Assembly (NCBI GenBank): GCA_017857595.1
Contig: JAFMCU010000002.1
Span: forward strand, 66,881 to 130,880
Reading direction: 5' to 3'
Source: Thermoprotei archaeon
GTDB lineage: Archaea; Thermoproteota; Thermoprotei; Gearchaeales; Gearchaeaceae
DNA length: 64,000 nt
Under the pieces are notes generated by a model that was given only the letters and a program-made list of their open reading frames with translations, was not told the origin of the DNA and made no database searches. Below, piece after piece: positions 55,019-64,000 of the stretch (the stretch's first letter is position 1; every line of letters starts with the position of its first letter). The translations under genes and the position numbers were made by a program.

Positions 55019-55067
55019 CAAATATTTTTGTATTATAAATAAATTTTTTAATTTATACAATATCTTT

Positions 55068-55922
55068 ATGAGTGAATTAATATCAATCGAGAATCTCTCA
55101 TTTAGATATGTCGATACTGATTTTTATTCTTTGAATAATGTAAATTTAAAAATTAATAAAGGAGATTTTGTGCTTCTATGCGGCCCTAGTGGATGTGGAA
55201 AAACAACATTATTAAGAGCTATAAACGGTTTAATACCCAACTACTATCAAGGTGAATACAAAGGTAAAGTGATCATCGAGAATAAGGAAGTATCTAAGCA
55301 TAAGACATATGAGATAGCTAAAATAGCAGGACTCGTCTTTCAGGATCCTGAAAATCAGCTATTTACATCTTCTGTTGAGAAAGAAATTGCTTTTGGTTTA
55401 GAAAATTTAGCTATACCTAGAGATGAGATGAGAAGAATAGTAAATGAAACAATTAGAGTTCTTAATTTAGAAAATTTGAGATATAAAGTTCCAGCATTTT
55501 TGAGCGGTGGTGAACAACAAAAGGTAGCAATCGCAGCTATATATGCTATGAGGCCAAAAGTATTATTGTTAGACGAACCACTGAGCAACTTAGATCCTTA
55601 TTCTGCAATAAGTGTAATAGAGTTAATATACAAATTAAATAAAGAACTAGGATTAACAATTTTGATTGCAGAACATAGATTAGATTGGTTAATTCCATTT
55701 TCTAATAGAATTGTGATCATGAATGAAGGACGAATTTTGATTGAAGGTGAAACAAGAAGTATTTTAGAGAAATTTGATTTAGAGCAATTTGATGTAAACG
55801 ATCCGAAAATTCCAACCTTGGCAAAAAGAATAAATAAAATTTTCAATCTTAGAATAAAAATAAGTTTAACTGTAGATGAATTTGTAGACAATTTTAAAAA
55901 AGAGTTAAATGATCGAATTTAA
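55068..55922 (+). CDS. ecfA1: ECF transporter ATPase component (EcfA/CbiO-like) 1
   Basis: Walker A GPSGCGKTT, FQDPENQLF, signature LSGGEQQKV, Walker B LLLDEPLS. Confidence 0.85.
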   Translation: MSELISIENLSFRYVDTDFYSLNNVNLKINKGDFVLLCGPSGCGKTTLLRAINGLIPNYYQGEYKGKVIIENKEVSKHKTYEIAKIAGLVFQDPENQLFTSSVEKEIAFGLENLAIPRDEMRRIVNETIRVLNLENLRYKVPAFLSGGEQQKVAIAAIYAMRPKVLLLDEPLSNLDPYSAISVIELIYKLNKELGLTILIAEHRLDWLIPFSNRIVIMNEGRILIEGETRSILEKFDLEQFDVNDPKIPTLAKRINKIFNLRIKISLTVDEFVDNFKKELNDRI

Positions 55923-56736
55923 AGAAGTATATTTCAAGTATCCATTTGAAGATACTTACGCATTAAAAAATATAAACATAAGGATATCAAAGGGTGAATG
56001 CGTATTCATAATGGGTTCAAATGGTGCTGGAAAAACAACATTAATTAAGCATATTAATGGAATATTGAAACCTACAAAGGGAGAAGTTTGGGTAAACGGT
56101 AAAAACACAAAAAACTTTACTGTTGCAGAATTATCAAAAATTGTAGGAATTGTTTTCCAAAATCCTGATCATCAAATTTTCGCTTCGAGTGTATATGAAG
56201 AAGTTGCATTTGCTCTTAGGAACTTCAAATTTGATGAAAAATATATAGAAAATAAGGTAAATGAAACTTTAAAATTTTTTTCCCTAGAAAAATATAAAGA
56301 AGCTTCTCCCTTATTTTTAAGCGGAGGAGAAAAGAAAAGGGTAACTATAGCTTCAGTAGTTTGTTATGAACCAGAAATTTTGGTATTAGATGAACCAACA
56401 GTAGGTTTAGATCTTAAACAAAGAAAAAATCTTGTTAATTTGATTAACGAACTGAAAAAGATGAATAAAACTATCATAGTAGTTACGCATGATATAGATT
56501 TTGCTATAGAACTAGCAAATAGAGTAATAATTATGAATGAAGGTGAGGTGTTAAAAGAAGGAAGCATATCTGATATAATTTATGACGAAGAAACATTAAG
56601 AAAAGCAAATTTAATTCAGCCGATTATTCCACAAGTTGTAACTAAACTAAAATTATCAATCTCTTCAAAAAAAATAATTACAATAGAAGATTTTTTAACT
56701 AATTTGGAAATTATTCTGAAAAATGTTAAGACCTGA
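55909..56736 (+). CDS. ecfA2: ECF transporter ATPase component (EcfA/CbiO-like) 2
   Basis: Walker A GSNGAGKTT, FQNPDHQIF, LSGGEKKRV, LVLDEPTV. Confidence 0.85.
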   Translation: MIEFKEVYFKYPFEDTYALKNINIRISKGECVFIMGSNGAGKTTLIKHINGILKPTKGEVWVNGKNTKNFTVAELSKIVGIVFQNPDHQIFASSVYEEVAFALRNFKFDEKYIENKVNETLKFFSLEKYKEASPLFLSGGEKKRVTIASVVCYEPEILVLDEPTVGLDLKQRKNLVNLINELKKMNKTIIVVTHDIDFAIELANRVIIMNEGEVLKEGSISDIIYDEETLRKANLIQPIIPQVVTKLKLSISSKKIITIEDFLTNLEIILKNVKT

Positions 56737-57466
56737 AAACTTTATTTATAGACCAAAGGATACAGTAATACATCGTTTAGATCCTAGATCCAAATTTTAT
56801 TATGCTTTTTTAATGCTTGTTTTAGCTATACTAACTATCGATTTCAATTTGTTATTACTACTTTTATTGTTTACGTTATTTCCAATTTTATTAGGAAAAA
56901 TTTTGAAACAGGTATTAAAGGCTATTCAATCTTCCTTGTTTTTTTTGGCGTTAATTTTTATAATCAATTTCATTTTTAGCTTAAATGTAATTCTTGCCCT
57001 AGCTTTAGTCATACGATTTCTTATATTGATTATTTCATTCTTGGCCTTCTCTTTGACCACATCTATAGATGATATTGCCCTATCATTCTACAAACTCCGT
57101 TTTCCGTATGATTTTGTATTAGCGTTAACATTGGCATATCGATTTATACCTACTCTATTCAAAGATGCAGTAAACATCGTGGATGCTCAAAGATCGAGGG
57201 GTTTAGAAACTCAAAAAGGTAATTTAATAAAAAGAGTAAAAAATTTCATGCCAGTTATAATTCCACTTTTAGTCGTTGCTATAAGAAGAGCGCTAAACGT
57301 TGCTGAAGCAATGGAGTCTAGATGTTTTGGAGCTTCAAAAAGACCAACAAATTACTACGAACTGAAAATTAAATTTGGTGATATTCTTTTATTTGTAGCT
57401 TCAACTATCTTATTTATTATAGTTTTAGCTGAAATTTTAGGTTTAGTTAAAATTGCTATAGTATAA
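56723..57466 (+). CDS. ecfT: ECF transporter transmembrane (T) component (EcfT/CbiQ-like)
   Basis: LDPRSKF start pattern, multiple TM helices, conserved ARG-type coupling motifs (AQRSRG; AIRRA). Confidence 0.8.
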   Translation: MLRPENFIYRPKDTVIHRLDPRSKFYYAFLMLVLAILTIDFNLLLLLLLFTLFPILLGKILKQVLKAIQSSLFFLALIFIINFIFSLNVILALALVIRFLILIISFLAFSLTTSIDDIALSFYKLRFPYDFVLALTLAYRFIPTLFKDAVNIVDAQRSRGLETQKGNLIKRVKNFMPVIIPLLVVAIRRALNVAEAMESRCFGASKRPTNYYELKIKFGDILLFVASTILFIIVLAEILGLVKIAIV

Positions 57467-57498
57467 AAAATAAATATTTATAATATCATATTCCACTA

Positions 57499-58548
57499 AT
57501 GAAAACGTTTTATACTGTATCAATCATCGGTTATGGAGCTTATGTACCATTAAGACGGATAAAAGCTATTGAAATAGCCAGGATATGGGGCAAAAGTGAG
57601 AAGGTATTACCTTTGGAGGAAAAATCTGTTGCTGCTTTGGATGAAGATACCGCTACAATGGCAGTTGAAGCAGCTTATAATGCAATTTTAAGAGCTAAAA
57701 TACAACCTAATGAAATAGGTGCCGTTTTTGTCGGGACCGAATCTAAAATATATACTGTTAAGCCAACAGCGACTGTAGTTGCTGAAGCATTAGGAATCAC
57801 ACCTACAACATTAGCTTCTGACTACGAGTTCGCATGCAAAGCTGGTACTGAAGCAACACAGACATGTATAGGGTTGGTTGGTTCTGGAATGATAAAAGCT
57901 GCATTAGCTATTGGTTCCGACATTGCAAGAGGTAGACCAGGGGATGAACTTGAATATACAGCTGGTGCTGGAGCAGCTGCTTTAATATTGGCTCGTTCGG
58001 GTATCTATGAGGATGTAGCAGAGATAGAAGGAACATATTCTTTTGTAACAGATACTCCTGACTTTTGGAGAAGGGAAGGGCAAATCTATCCCATGCACTA
58101 TTATAGATTTACGGGCGAACCAGCTTATTTCTATCACAGTAGAGAAGCTGCATTAAGATTGATGAATGAACTTGGATTAAAACCTAGCGACTTTAAGTAT
58201 GCTGTTTTTCATCAACCCAATTCAAAGTTTCCGCAAGAAGTTGCAAAATCATTAGGTTTTACTGCTGAACAAATAAAGCCTGGTTTATTGGTACCTTTAA
58301 TTGGTAATTCCTATGCCGCTTCATCTTTATTGGGTTTAACTGCAACATTAGATATTGCTAAACCTGGCGATAGAATATTAATTACTTCTTTTGGTTCTGG
58401 TGCAGGAAGTGATGCAATGTCTATCATAGTTAAAGATGGAATTGAAAGTAAAAGGGATTTAGCACCTAAAACGATGGATTACATAACAAGGAGAAGATAT
58501 GTAGATTATGCTCTGTATGCCAAACATAGAAGTAAATATAATAAATGA
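57499..58548 (+). CDS. Hydroxymethylglutaryl-CoA synthase (archaeal type)
   Basis: [19 protein letters not shown] (catalytic Cys region), [16 protein letters not shown]. First gene of the HMGCS/thiolase/DUF35 trio. Confidence 0.9.
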   Translation: MKTFYTVSIIGYGAYVPLRRIKAIEIARIWGKSEKVLPLEEKSVAALDEDTATMAVEAAYNAILRAKIQPNEIGAVFVGTESKIYTVKPTATVVAEALGITPTTLASDYEFACKAGTEATQTCIGLVGSGMIKAALAIGSDIARGRPGDELEYTAGAGAAALILARSGIYEDVAEIEGTYSFVTDTPDFWRREGQIYPMHYYRFTGEPAYFYHSREAALRLMNELGLKPSDFKYAVFHQPNSKFPQEVAKSLGFTAEQIKPGLLVPLIGNSYAASSLLGLTATLDIAKPGDRILITSFGSGAGSDAMSIIVKDGIESKRDLAPKTMDYITRRRYVDYALYAKHRSKYNK

Positions 58549-59699
58549 GTAATATGGAAGCAGAAGTTTACATTACAGGAGTAGGATTAACAAAAATACA
58601 TGAACATTGGAATAAATCTATAAAGCATTTAGCATTTGAAGCAATAGATCAATGCTTAAAAGAATTAAATTATAAAAGACCTGATGTAATAGTTGTATCA
58701 AATGCTTTAGGCAGTTTTCTCCAAAATCAAAACTCTCTTAGCGGTTTAATAGCTGAGAATATTTCCCTTATAGATATTCCAAATTTAAAAGTTGAAGTAG
58801 GAGAGTTATCTGGAGCAGCTGCTTTGAACGTTGCTTATAGCTTTATCAAATCAGGCATGTATAAAAATGTTCTTTTAGTAGGTGTTGAAAAAACTTCTGA
58901 CAAATTACCTATCGAATACAATACTGCAATTGCTTCATTTTTAGATAATGAATACTTTACATACAATGGAATAACTCCTTCAGCTCTATACGCTATAGTT
59001 TATAAATTATACATGAAAAAATTTGGGGTTAAGCAAGAACATATAGCACAATTTGCTTCACATGATCATAAAATGGCTATGAATGTTGATCATTCTCAAT
59101 ATAAGTTTCCTTTACCTGTTGAAAAAATTCTATCCTCGCCTATATTAGCAGATCCAATTAGGCTATTTGAAAGTTATCCTGTTTCAGACGGGGCTGCAGC
59201 GATAATGTTATCATCTAAGGATCAAGTAGAGAATAAAGATTATGCAGTAAAGCTAGATTATGTATCATTATCTACAGACAAATCTTTATTATATAGGGAT
59301 GACTTTTTATATTTTAAATCCTTACATTCCTCCTTTGAAAGGCTTAAATTAGCAAGTAAAATAGAAAATAAAGATATTGATTTTATAGAAATTCACGATT
59401 CTTATACAATAGCTTCTCCATTAATATTAGAAAGCATGGGGTACACAGAAAGAGGTAAAGGCTATGTTTTGCTCATTGAAGGTCAACATGAAAAAGATGG
59501 AGTTCTTCCGATGAACACTCATGGTGGACTTAAGGCAAGAGGACATCCTATTGGAGCTACTGCTATTTATCAAGTAATCGAAGCTACATTACAATTAAGA
59601 GAAAAAGCTAGGAATCAAGTTCCAAATCCTGAAATTGGATTGGTTCATTCTATGAGTAATATTGCTGATCAAAGTGCTTTAATATTGTTGAAGAGATAA
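58545..59699 (+). CDS. Acetyl-CoA C-acetyltransferase (archaeal thiolase)
   Basis: Thiolase-fold pattern ([10 protein letters not shown]; IEIHDSYT; [17 protein letters not shown]). Confidence 0.9.
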   Translation: MSNMEAEVYITGVGLTKIHEHWNKSIKHLAFEAIDQCLKELNYKRPDVIVVSNALGSFLQNQNSLSGLIAENISLIDIPNLKVEVGELSGAAALNVAYSFIKSGMYKNVLLVGVEKTSDKLPIEYNTAIASFLDNEYFTYNGITPSALYAIVYKLYMKKFGVKQEHIAQFASHDHKMAMNVDHSQYKFPLPVEKILSSPILADPIRLFESYPVSDGAAAIMLSSKDQVENKDYAVKLDYVSLSTDKSLLYRDDFLYFKSLHSSFERLKLASKIENKDIDFIEIHDSYTIASPLILESMGYTERGKGYVLLIEGQHEKDGVLPMNTHGGLKARGHPIGATAIYQVIEATLQLREKARNQVPNPEIGLVHSMSNIADQSALILLKR

Positions 59700-59700
59700 T

Positions 59701-60102
59701 ATGGGCTCGCCATCTTACTGGAGAGAAAAAGTTTATAGATATAGACTTATTGCTAAGTATTGCGAGAATTGTAATAAAAAGTATTATCCGCCAAAATTAG
59801 CTTGTCCAATATGCGGTAACAAGGAATTAAAGGAAGTTCAATTACCAAGAATAGGGACGTTAATTACTTATACTTGGGTTACCCAACCTACAAAAGATTT
59901 TGCTACACAAGCACCTTACGTTGTAGGTTTGATTAAACTTGACGATGGTACTTTGATTGTTTCTCAGCTTACTGATGTAGAAATCGAAGAATTAAAGGAT
60001 GGAATTAGAGTAGAAGCTGTATTTAGAAGAATGTTTGAAGAAGGTGATTCAGGATTAATTTATTATGGAACTAAATTTAGGCCTTGTTTATTTTCTAAAT
60101 AA
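59701..60102 (+). CDS. DUF35 OB-fold/zinc-ribbon protein (scaffold of the thiolase/HMGCS complex)
   Basis: Zn ribbon CENCNKKYYPPKLACPICGN followed by an OB-fold segment. Canonical partner of the two preceding genes. Confidence 0.85.
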   Translation: MGSPSYWREKVYRYRLIAKYCENCNKKYYPPKLACPICGNKELKEVQLPRIGTLITYTWVTQPTKDFATQAPYVVGLIKLDDGTLIVSQLTDVEIEELKDGIRVEAVFRRMFEEGDSGLIYYGTKFRPCLFSK

Positions 60103-61015
60103 TTGGCTTTATATACGAATCTCTCTCAGTAAGTATAAATCTTTTTCCTTTTTCACTTACTTCGAGTAAACCTTTGATTTTCGCCTTATCTTTTTCTTTA
60201 AGCATTTCCAAGTATCTTATCCTAAAATTAATAATTTCATATTCTTCACGATTCCTTAACGACTTAACCTTATAAATAGATGGAAAAAGATAATTATAGG
60301 TTGCATCAATTACTTCAACGATGTCAGTTTTATACTTATTACTTTTAACCTCATCGCCAATTATAGACCTATTTAAAATTTTTACTGAATATTGAGTATT
60401 TCTATATTTTCCTTCACATAATTTTCTTTGTTCTATTTTCTTAAACATTTCATAACTGAAATACCTATGGAATTCTCTTTCATAGTATAATTTTTTTAAC
60501 TCCATACCTTCAATTGGGTTTGTAGTACCTTTTTTCCTCAAATTAAGTAAAGTATTGTATAAATTTTCTTTATATTCACCATAATAAATTAAATCTATAT
60601 CTGAACTCTTGTTATGTAAAGAGACTAATGTCGAACCTTCTATACCCACTTTTTCCAAATCAAAAAATCCTCCGTTAATTATATCGTTGATAAAACTTGC
60701 AATCTTTTTTTCATGATCGTCTGTAGGATTATAGATAATCTCTTTAATTCTTATTAATGGATCGTAATATACTTCAATTACCTCGAGCGGAAGAATAAAT
60801 GTCCTCCTTTTAAGAAATTTAGAATAACAAATAAGCTTATAATCAACCTTATTTAAAAGATCATTTAAAAGTTCTTTATTTATGATTTTTACGTATGAAT
60901 TCCCTTTTTTCAAATATTTAGGTATAACATAAAGTTCGTCATCTTTTTGATTGTAGTAAGAAACGTAATATATATTGCCAAACTTATCCTTTACAGCTGA
61001 ACCTTCAATTAGCAT
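60095..61015 (-). CDS. Predicted Pol-beta-superfamily nucleotidyltransferase
   Basis: GIEGSTLVSLHNKSSDIDLIYYG fits the G[SG]-x(9-13)-D-x-D minimal nucleotidyltransferase motif. Remainder unassigned. Confidence 0.45.
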   Translation of the reverse strand: MLIEGSAVKDKFGNIYYVSYYNQKDDELYVIPKYLKKGNSYVKIINKELLNDLLNKVDYKLICYSKFLKRRTFILPLEVIEVYYDPLIRIKEIIYNPTDDHEKKIASFINDIINGGFFDLEKVGIEGSTLVSLHNKSSDIDLIYYGEYKENLYNTLLNLRKKGTTNPIEGMELKKLYYEREFHRYFSYEMFKKIEQRKLCEGKYRNTQYSVKILNRSIIGDEVKSNKYKTDIVEVIDATYNYLFPSIYKVKSLRNREEYEIINFRIRYLEMLKEKDKAKIKGLLEVSEKGKRFILTERDSYIKPII

Positions 61016-62094
61016 TATTTCTTATAAAAAGGAGGTTCTGTTAATTTAGCTTCATATAATTTATCTCTAATTTTTACATAAACTGTTGAACCTAACAAAG
61101 CATGTTTTGAATTTATGTATCCCATGGCTATACCTCTATCTAATGATGGAGAATAGCCACCGCTTGTTATATAACCTATTTTTGATTTTATGGAATATAT
61201 TTCATTTCCATGTCTTGGAATAGCTCCTTTTTCTTTCATTATTAATCCAACACGTTGCTCATCTACTCCTTCATCTAATATCTTTTCTAAAACTTCTTTA
61301 CCAATGTAATTATCTTTTTTCAAACTAAAAATCCAATACCTAGCCATGATCGGATTAATATTCTCACTTATTTCATTTCCGTATAATAAAAATCCAGCTT
61401 CTAATCTTAATATATCTCTTGCAATTATTCCGCATGGCTTTATTTTATCATCTAATAATTTTCTCCATAACCTTTTACCGTTATCAATATCTGTAATTAT
61501 TTCGAAACCGTCTTCTCCGGTCCAACCGCTTCTACTTATCAATTTTATTGGTATCCCACTGATACTTATATTCGAAATGAAGCTTTCTCTATTTATATTG
61601 TAATTTAAATTGCTTAACCTTTGAATTTTTCGACCTTGTATAGCTATCATAGCTGTCTCTAAAGTAATATCATCGATTAAAACTTCCATGCCAAATTCAT
61701 CGGATTTACTTTGTAACCAATTTATTACTTTGATTCTATTAATTGCGTTACATACAATTAAAAATCTTTCTTTTTCCAATCTAAATAAAGAAACATCATC
61801 AACAAATCCAGCCTTCTCATTAAGTATAGCTGTAGGAATTATTATTTTACCTCTTTCTAACTTTTTTACATTTTTTGTTATGATCAAATCTAGAAAATTT
61901 TGTGAATTTTTTCCTTCAACTATTATTCTACCCATATGGGAAACATCGAATAAACCTAAATCATTTCTAACCGCTAAACTCTCCTCGATACTGTTTGAAT
62001 AAATAGAAGCAACTTCCCAACCTGCAAATTCGCCCATTTCTGCACCTAGCTCTACATGTACTTCTTTCAATGGAGTAGGAATTAAAGAAGTCAT
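61015..62094 (-). CDS. gcvT: Glycine cleavage system aminomethyltransferase (T protein)
   Basis: TPLKEVHVELGAEMGEFAGWEV, GLFDVSHMGRI, SRSGWTGEDGFEI, RDILRLEAG. Confidence 0.9.
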   Translation of the reverse strand: MTSLIPTPLKEVHVELGAEMGEFAGWEVASIYSNSIEESLAVRNDLGLFDVSHMGRIIVEGKNSQNFLDLIITKNVKKLERGKIIIPTAILNEKAGFVDDVSLFRLEKERFLIVCNAINRIKVINWLQSKSDEFGMEVLIDDITLETAMIAIQGRKIQRLSNLNYNINRESFISNISISGIPIKLISRSGWTGEDGFEIITDIDNGKRLWRKLLDDKIKPCGIIARDILRLEAGFLLYGNEISENINPIMARYWIFSLKKDNYIGKEVLEKILDEGVDEQRVGLIMKEKGAIPRHGNEIYSIKSKIGYITSGGYSPSLDRGIAMGYINSKHALLGSTVYVKIRDKLYEAKLTEPPFYKK

Positions 62095-62183
62095 AAAAAA
62101 TAATAAAATAGTAAATAAAAAAATTAATTTGAAATAAAGCTTTTATTATTAATAAATAATTATTTGAATTAGCGCCGTTGAAA

Positions 62184-62257
62184 AGCGCCGTGGTGTAGCT
62201 GGCCAAGCATGTAGGGCTTTGGACCCTGTGACCCAGGTTCGAATCCTGGCGGCGCTA
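62184..62257 (+). tRNA. tRNA-Gln (anticodon UUG)
   Basis: AGCGCCG/CGGCGCT acceptor + A. GGTGTAGCTGGCCAAGCAT D-arm. Anticodon stem TAGGG/CCCTG with loop CTTTGGA (TTG). T-arm CCAGG-TTCGAAT-CCTGG. No encoded CCA. Confidence 0.9.
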
Positions 62258-63913
62258 TGTTATTTTTGTTCTTAATTCAGATAATAACGAATCTATTTTA
62301 GCTCTTGAAGATTGAATGTTTCTTGTATAAACGTTATACATTCTTCTATATTGTTCTATGTTTATTCTTTTTTGTTCATACGACATTATTAAATCCTTAA
62401 GAGCGTTTGTATCTTTTACCATTCTTTGATATGTATTCTCAAGCTCATTTAACAATTTTATTAGAGAAGGATTTTCCTTCGAAATGATTGAAGAAATTCT
62501 CTTTAGCTCCCTTTCATTACTTGAATTCTCCTTCATAATGTTTTCAATCCTTAAATTATAGTCTTTTTTCTTAAGAACACCTCTCCTTAGTTGTTCATCC
62601 AATTTAAGCATCTCTTCGTTGTTCAAAATTAATGACTCAAACAATTGAATATATTTCTTTATTTCTTGGATTTTTAGAGGTAATTCAACTTTTCTAGCTT
62701 TAAAGTAAAATCTAATGTAAATGAAAGCTATGAAACTTATAATAGTTATTAAGAACAAAATCTGGTTAAAAATATTTAGAGTTGTTATGAATATTTGTAA
62801 ATTTCCATTTACATTTACATTTAAGCTTTCCCCAGGGAATACATTGTTTAAAATATATACATATTGATTGAAGTTCTTAAGATAATTTACTTTATCAGGT
62901 ATAGGTGTTAAACTAATATCATTAATATATTTGCTGTCAATTTCTAAATAAAATACATTAATAAGATAAGTATTATTTGTAAGAAAGTTATAACTAATTA
63001 AACTATTCGTGTTATTTTTAAGTTCACTTAATGGAATTTGACTAACTACTGTGATAGTTGTATTAATTCCACCCAAAACAGATGATTCTAGAGGATACCT
63101 TAATATAACTGAGCCATTTTGGTAAGTCAGATTACCTAAACTATCATAAACTTGTATTACTTGAGAACCAGGAAGCAAGGGAGGCTTAAACTGAGAAATA
63201 TTTCCTCCAAAACCTGTGTAAGAAATAGAGATTCGATCAATAATTTGTGCATTGCTAGAAGATACTATTTGTATTTCTCTCGTAAATTTAGTTATCTTTG
63301 GGAATTGAAGAGTGTTGCTTGGGGTAAAATTGAAATAAAGTGGCGTTCTTTTAAAAGGTGTAATATTATTAAAATTATAAACAATTGTGGATTCGCCTGA
63401 AGGAGAAAGTTTTAACTTTGTTCCATTAGGGGAACTAACTTGGTATGTAGAAACGCTGAATTTGAATATAACTGTGGCACTTCCATTTTTAATTGTATAA
63501 TTTATTAAAGGATAAGCAGTTATATTAACAGCATAACCTTGAACCGTTTGAGAAAATATTGTGTAATTATAAACAGTTATTAAAGTGATATTAGTTAAGT
63601 TACCGTTATCAATTTCAAAGCCTTGTAATCCATTTAAAAATTTACCCCAAATGATGGGCACACTTGGAATTGTTTTTACAGTATAAATCGAATCATATTC
63701 TAGTGTATTATAAAGATAATCAAAAGAAGAAACGTTATTAGGTAATTGAATACTATCATTTACGATAAGAAATCCTTGATATACATAAATTGTTCTTTTT
63801 ACATATATTGAATAATTTTGTGGTGTAGCTGATTGAGCATGAACAATAGGTATTAGCAATATTAACACGATGATTGAAAGAGTTATCAACCTTTGTAATC
63901 TTTTGCTGATCAT
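62255..63913 (-). CDS. Bitopic membrane protein: N-glycosylation-rich extracellular domain, one TM helix, cytoplasmic coiled-coil tail (function unknown)
   Basis: Signal-like N-terminus (RLITLSIIVLILLIPIVHAQS). About 20 N-x-S/T sequons in aa 30-380. TM helix ILFLITIISFIAFIYIRFYF. C-terminal about 140 aa heptad-rich (LKLDEQLRRGVLKKKDYNLRIENIMKE...). Its stop codon overlaps the 3' end of tRNA-Gln. Confidence 0.55.
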   Translation of the reverse strand: MISKRLQRLITLSIIVLILLIPIVHAQSATPQNYSIYVKRTIYVYQGFLIVNDSIQLPNNVSSFDYLYNTLEYDSIYTVKTIPSVPIIWGKFLNGLQGFEIDNGNLTNITLITVYNYTIFSQTVQGYAVNITAYPLINYTIKNGSATVIFKFSVSTYQVSSPNGTKLKLSPSGESTIVYNFNNITPFKRTPLYFNFTPSNTLQFPKITKFTREIQIVSSSNAQIIDRISISYTGFGGNISQFKPPLLPGSQVIQVYDSLGNLTYQNGSVILRYPLESSVLGGINTTITVVSQIPLSELKNNTNSLISYNFLTNNTYLINVFYLEIDSKYINDISLTPIPDKVNYLKNFNQYVYILNNVFPGESLNVNVNGNLQIFITTLNIFNQILFLITIISFIAFIYIRFYFKARKVELPLKIQEIKKYIQLFESLILNNEEMLKLDEQLRRGVLKKKDYNLRIENIMKENSSNERELKRISSIISKENPSLIKLLNELENTYQRMVKDTNALKDLIMSYEQKRINIEQYRRMYNVYTRNIQSSRAKIDSLLSELRTKIT

Positions 63914-64000
63914 CTCGATTATAGTTAATTAAATTGAATATCTTATCCTTAAATAATTTATCTTATTTTACGTCAATACTTTTATTCAAATTCTTAATTA

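Noticed and set aside
62171-62257. tRNA-Gln as an integration site of a mobile element (attachment-site duplication)
   Set aside because: The duplicated segment is only 8 nt and corresponds to the tRNA 5' end rather than the 3' half. No integrase or foreign-looking genes are adjacent.
1-64000. Search for CRISPR arrays, IS elements/transposases, integrases, long tandem or inverted nucleotide repeats
   Set aside because: No regularly spaced 24-40-nt repeats, no transposase- or integrase-like ORFs and no long terminal repeats were seen. The only repeats found are short (15-nt direct, 10- and 12-nt palindromic) or protein-level.

Overview
Strongly AT-rich, very gene-dense archaeal chromosomal window; G+C was judged by eye, not computed. 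Many neighbouring genes overlap by 4-20 nt. Archaeal identity rests on archaeal-type DnaG, Pelota, the exosome genes Rrp4/Rrp41/Rrp42, proteasome alpha, RNase P proteins, Pcc1, prefoldin beta, an archaeal-type SRP RNA, and the HMG-CoA synthase/thiolase/DUF35 trio. By recollection only, protein similarity and surface-protein architecture suggest a crenarchaeal/TACK-like thermoacidophile; this cannot be proven here. I support about 70 protein-coding or decayed genes, 3 tRNAs (Ser-GCU, Asn-GUU, Gln-UUG), one SRP (7S) RNA and one candidate H/ACA-like sRNA. The RNAs stand out as GC-rich islands. I found no CRISPR array, transposase, integrase or obvious provirus. Most of the window is housekeeping: translation, aspartate-family and methionine synthesis, CoA synthesis, Pst phosphate uptake, the exosome superoperon, an ECF transporter and the start of the mevalonate pathway. 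Less ordinary spots, in order of interest: (1) a translationally coupled pair of a P-loop-less RecA/KaiC-fold protein and an exonuclease-motif-deficient family B DNA polymerase (36655-39811); (2) two tandem DUF72 paralogues with different C-terminal add-ons, SWIM-like and DUF2795-like (27269-29385); (3) an orphan C5 cytosine methyltransferase coupled to a SPOUT-like protein (12383-13821); (4) an AroM / NCS1 permease / DUF917 / hydantoinase-like cluster (17373-22522); (5) a small gene-decay island with two truncated genes, a membrane protein lacking a canonical start, and a poly-A frameshift (29410-32133); (6) a 923-aa repeat-rich surface glycoprotein. All functional calls come from motifs recognised by eye; no database search was possible.
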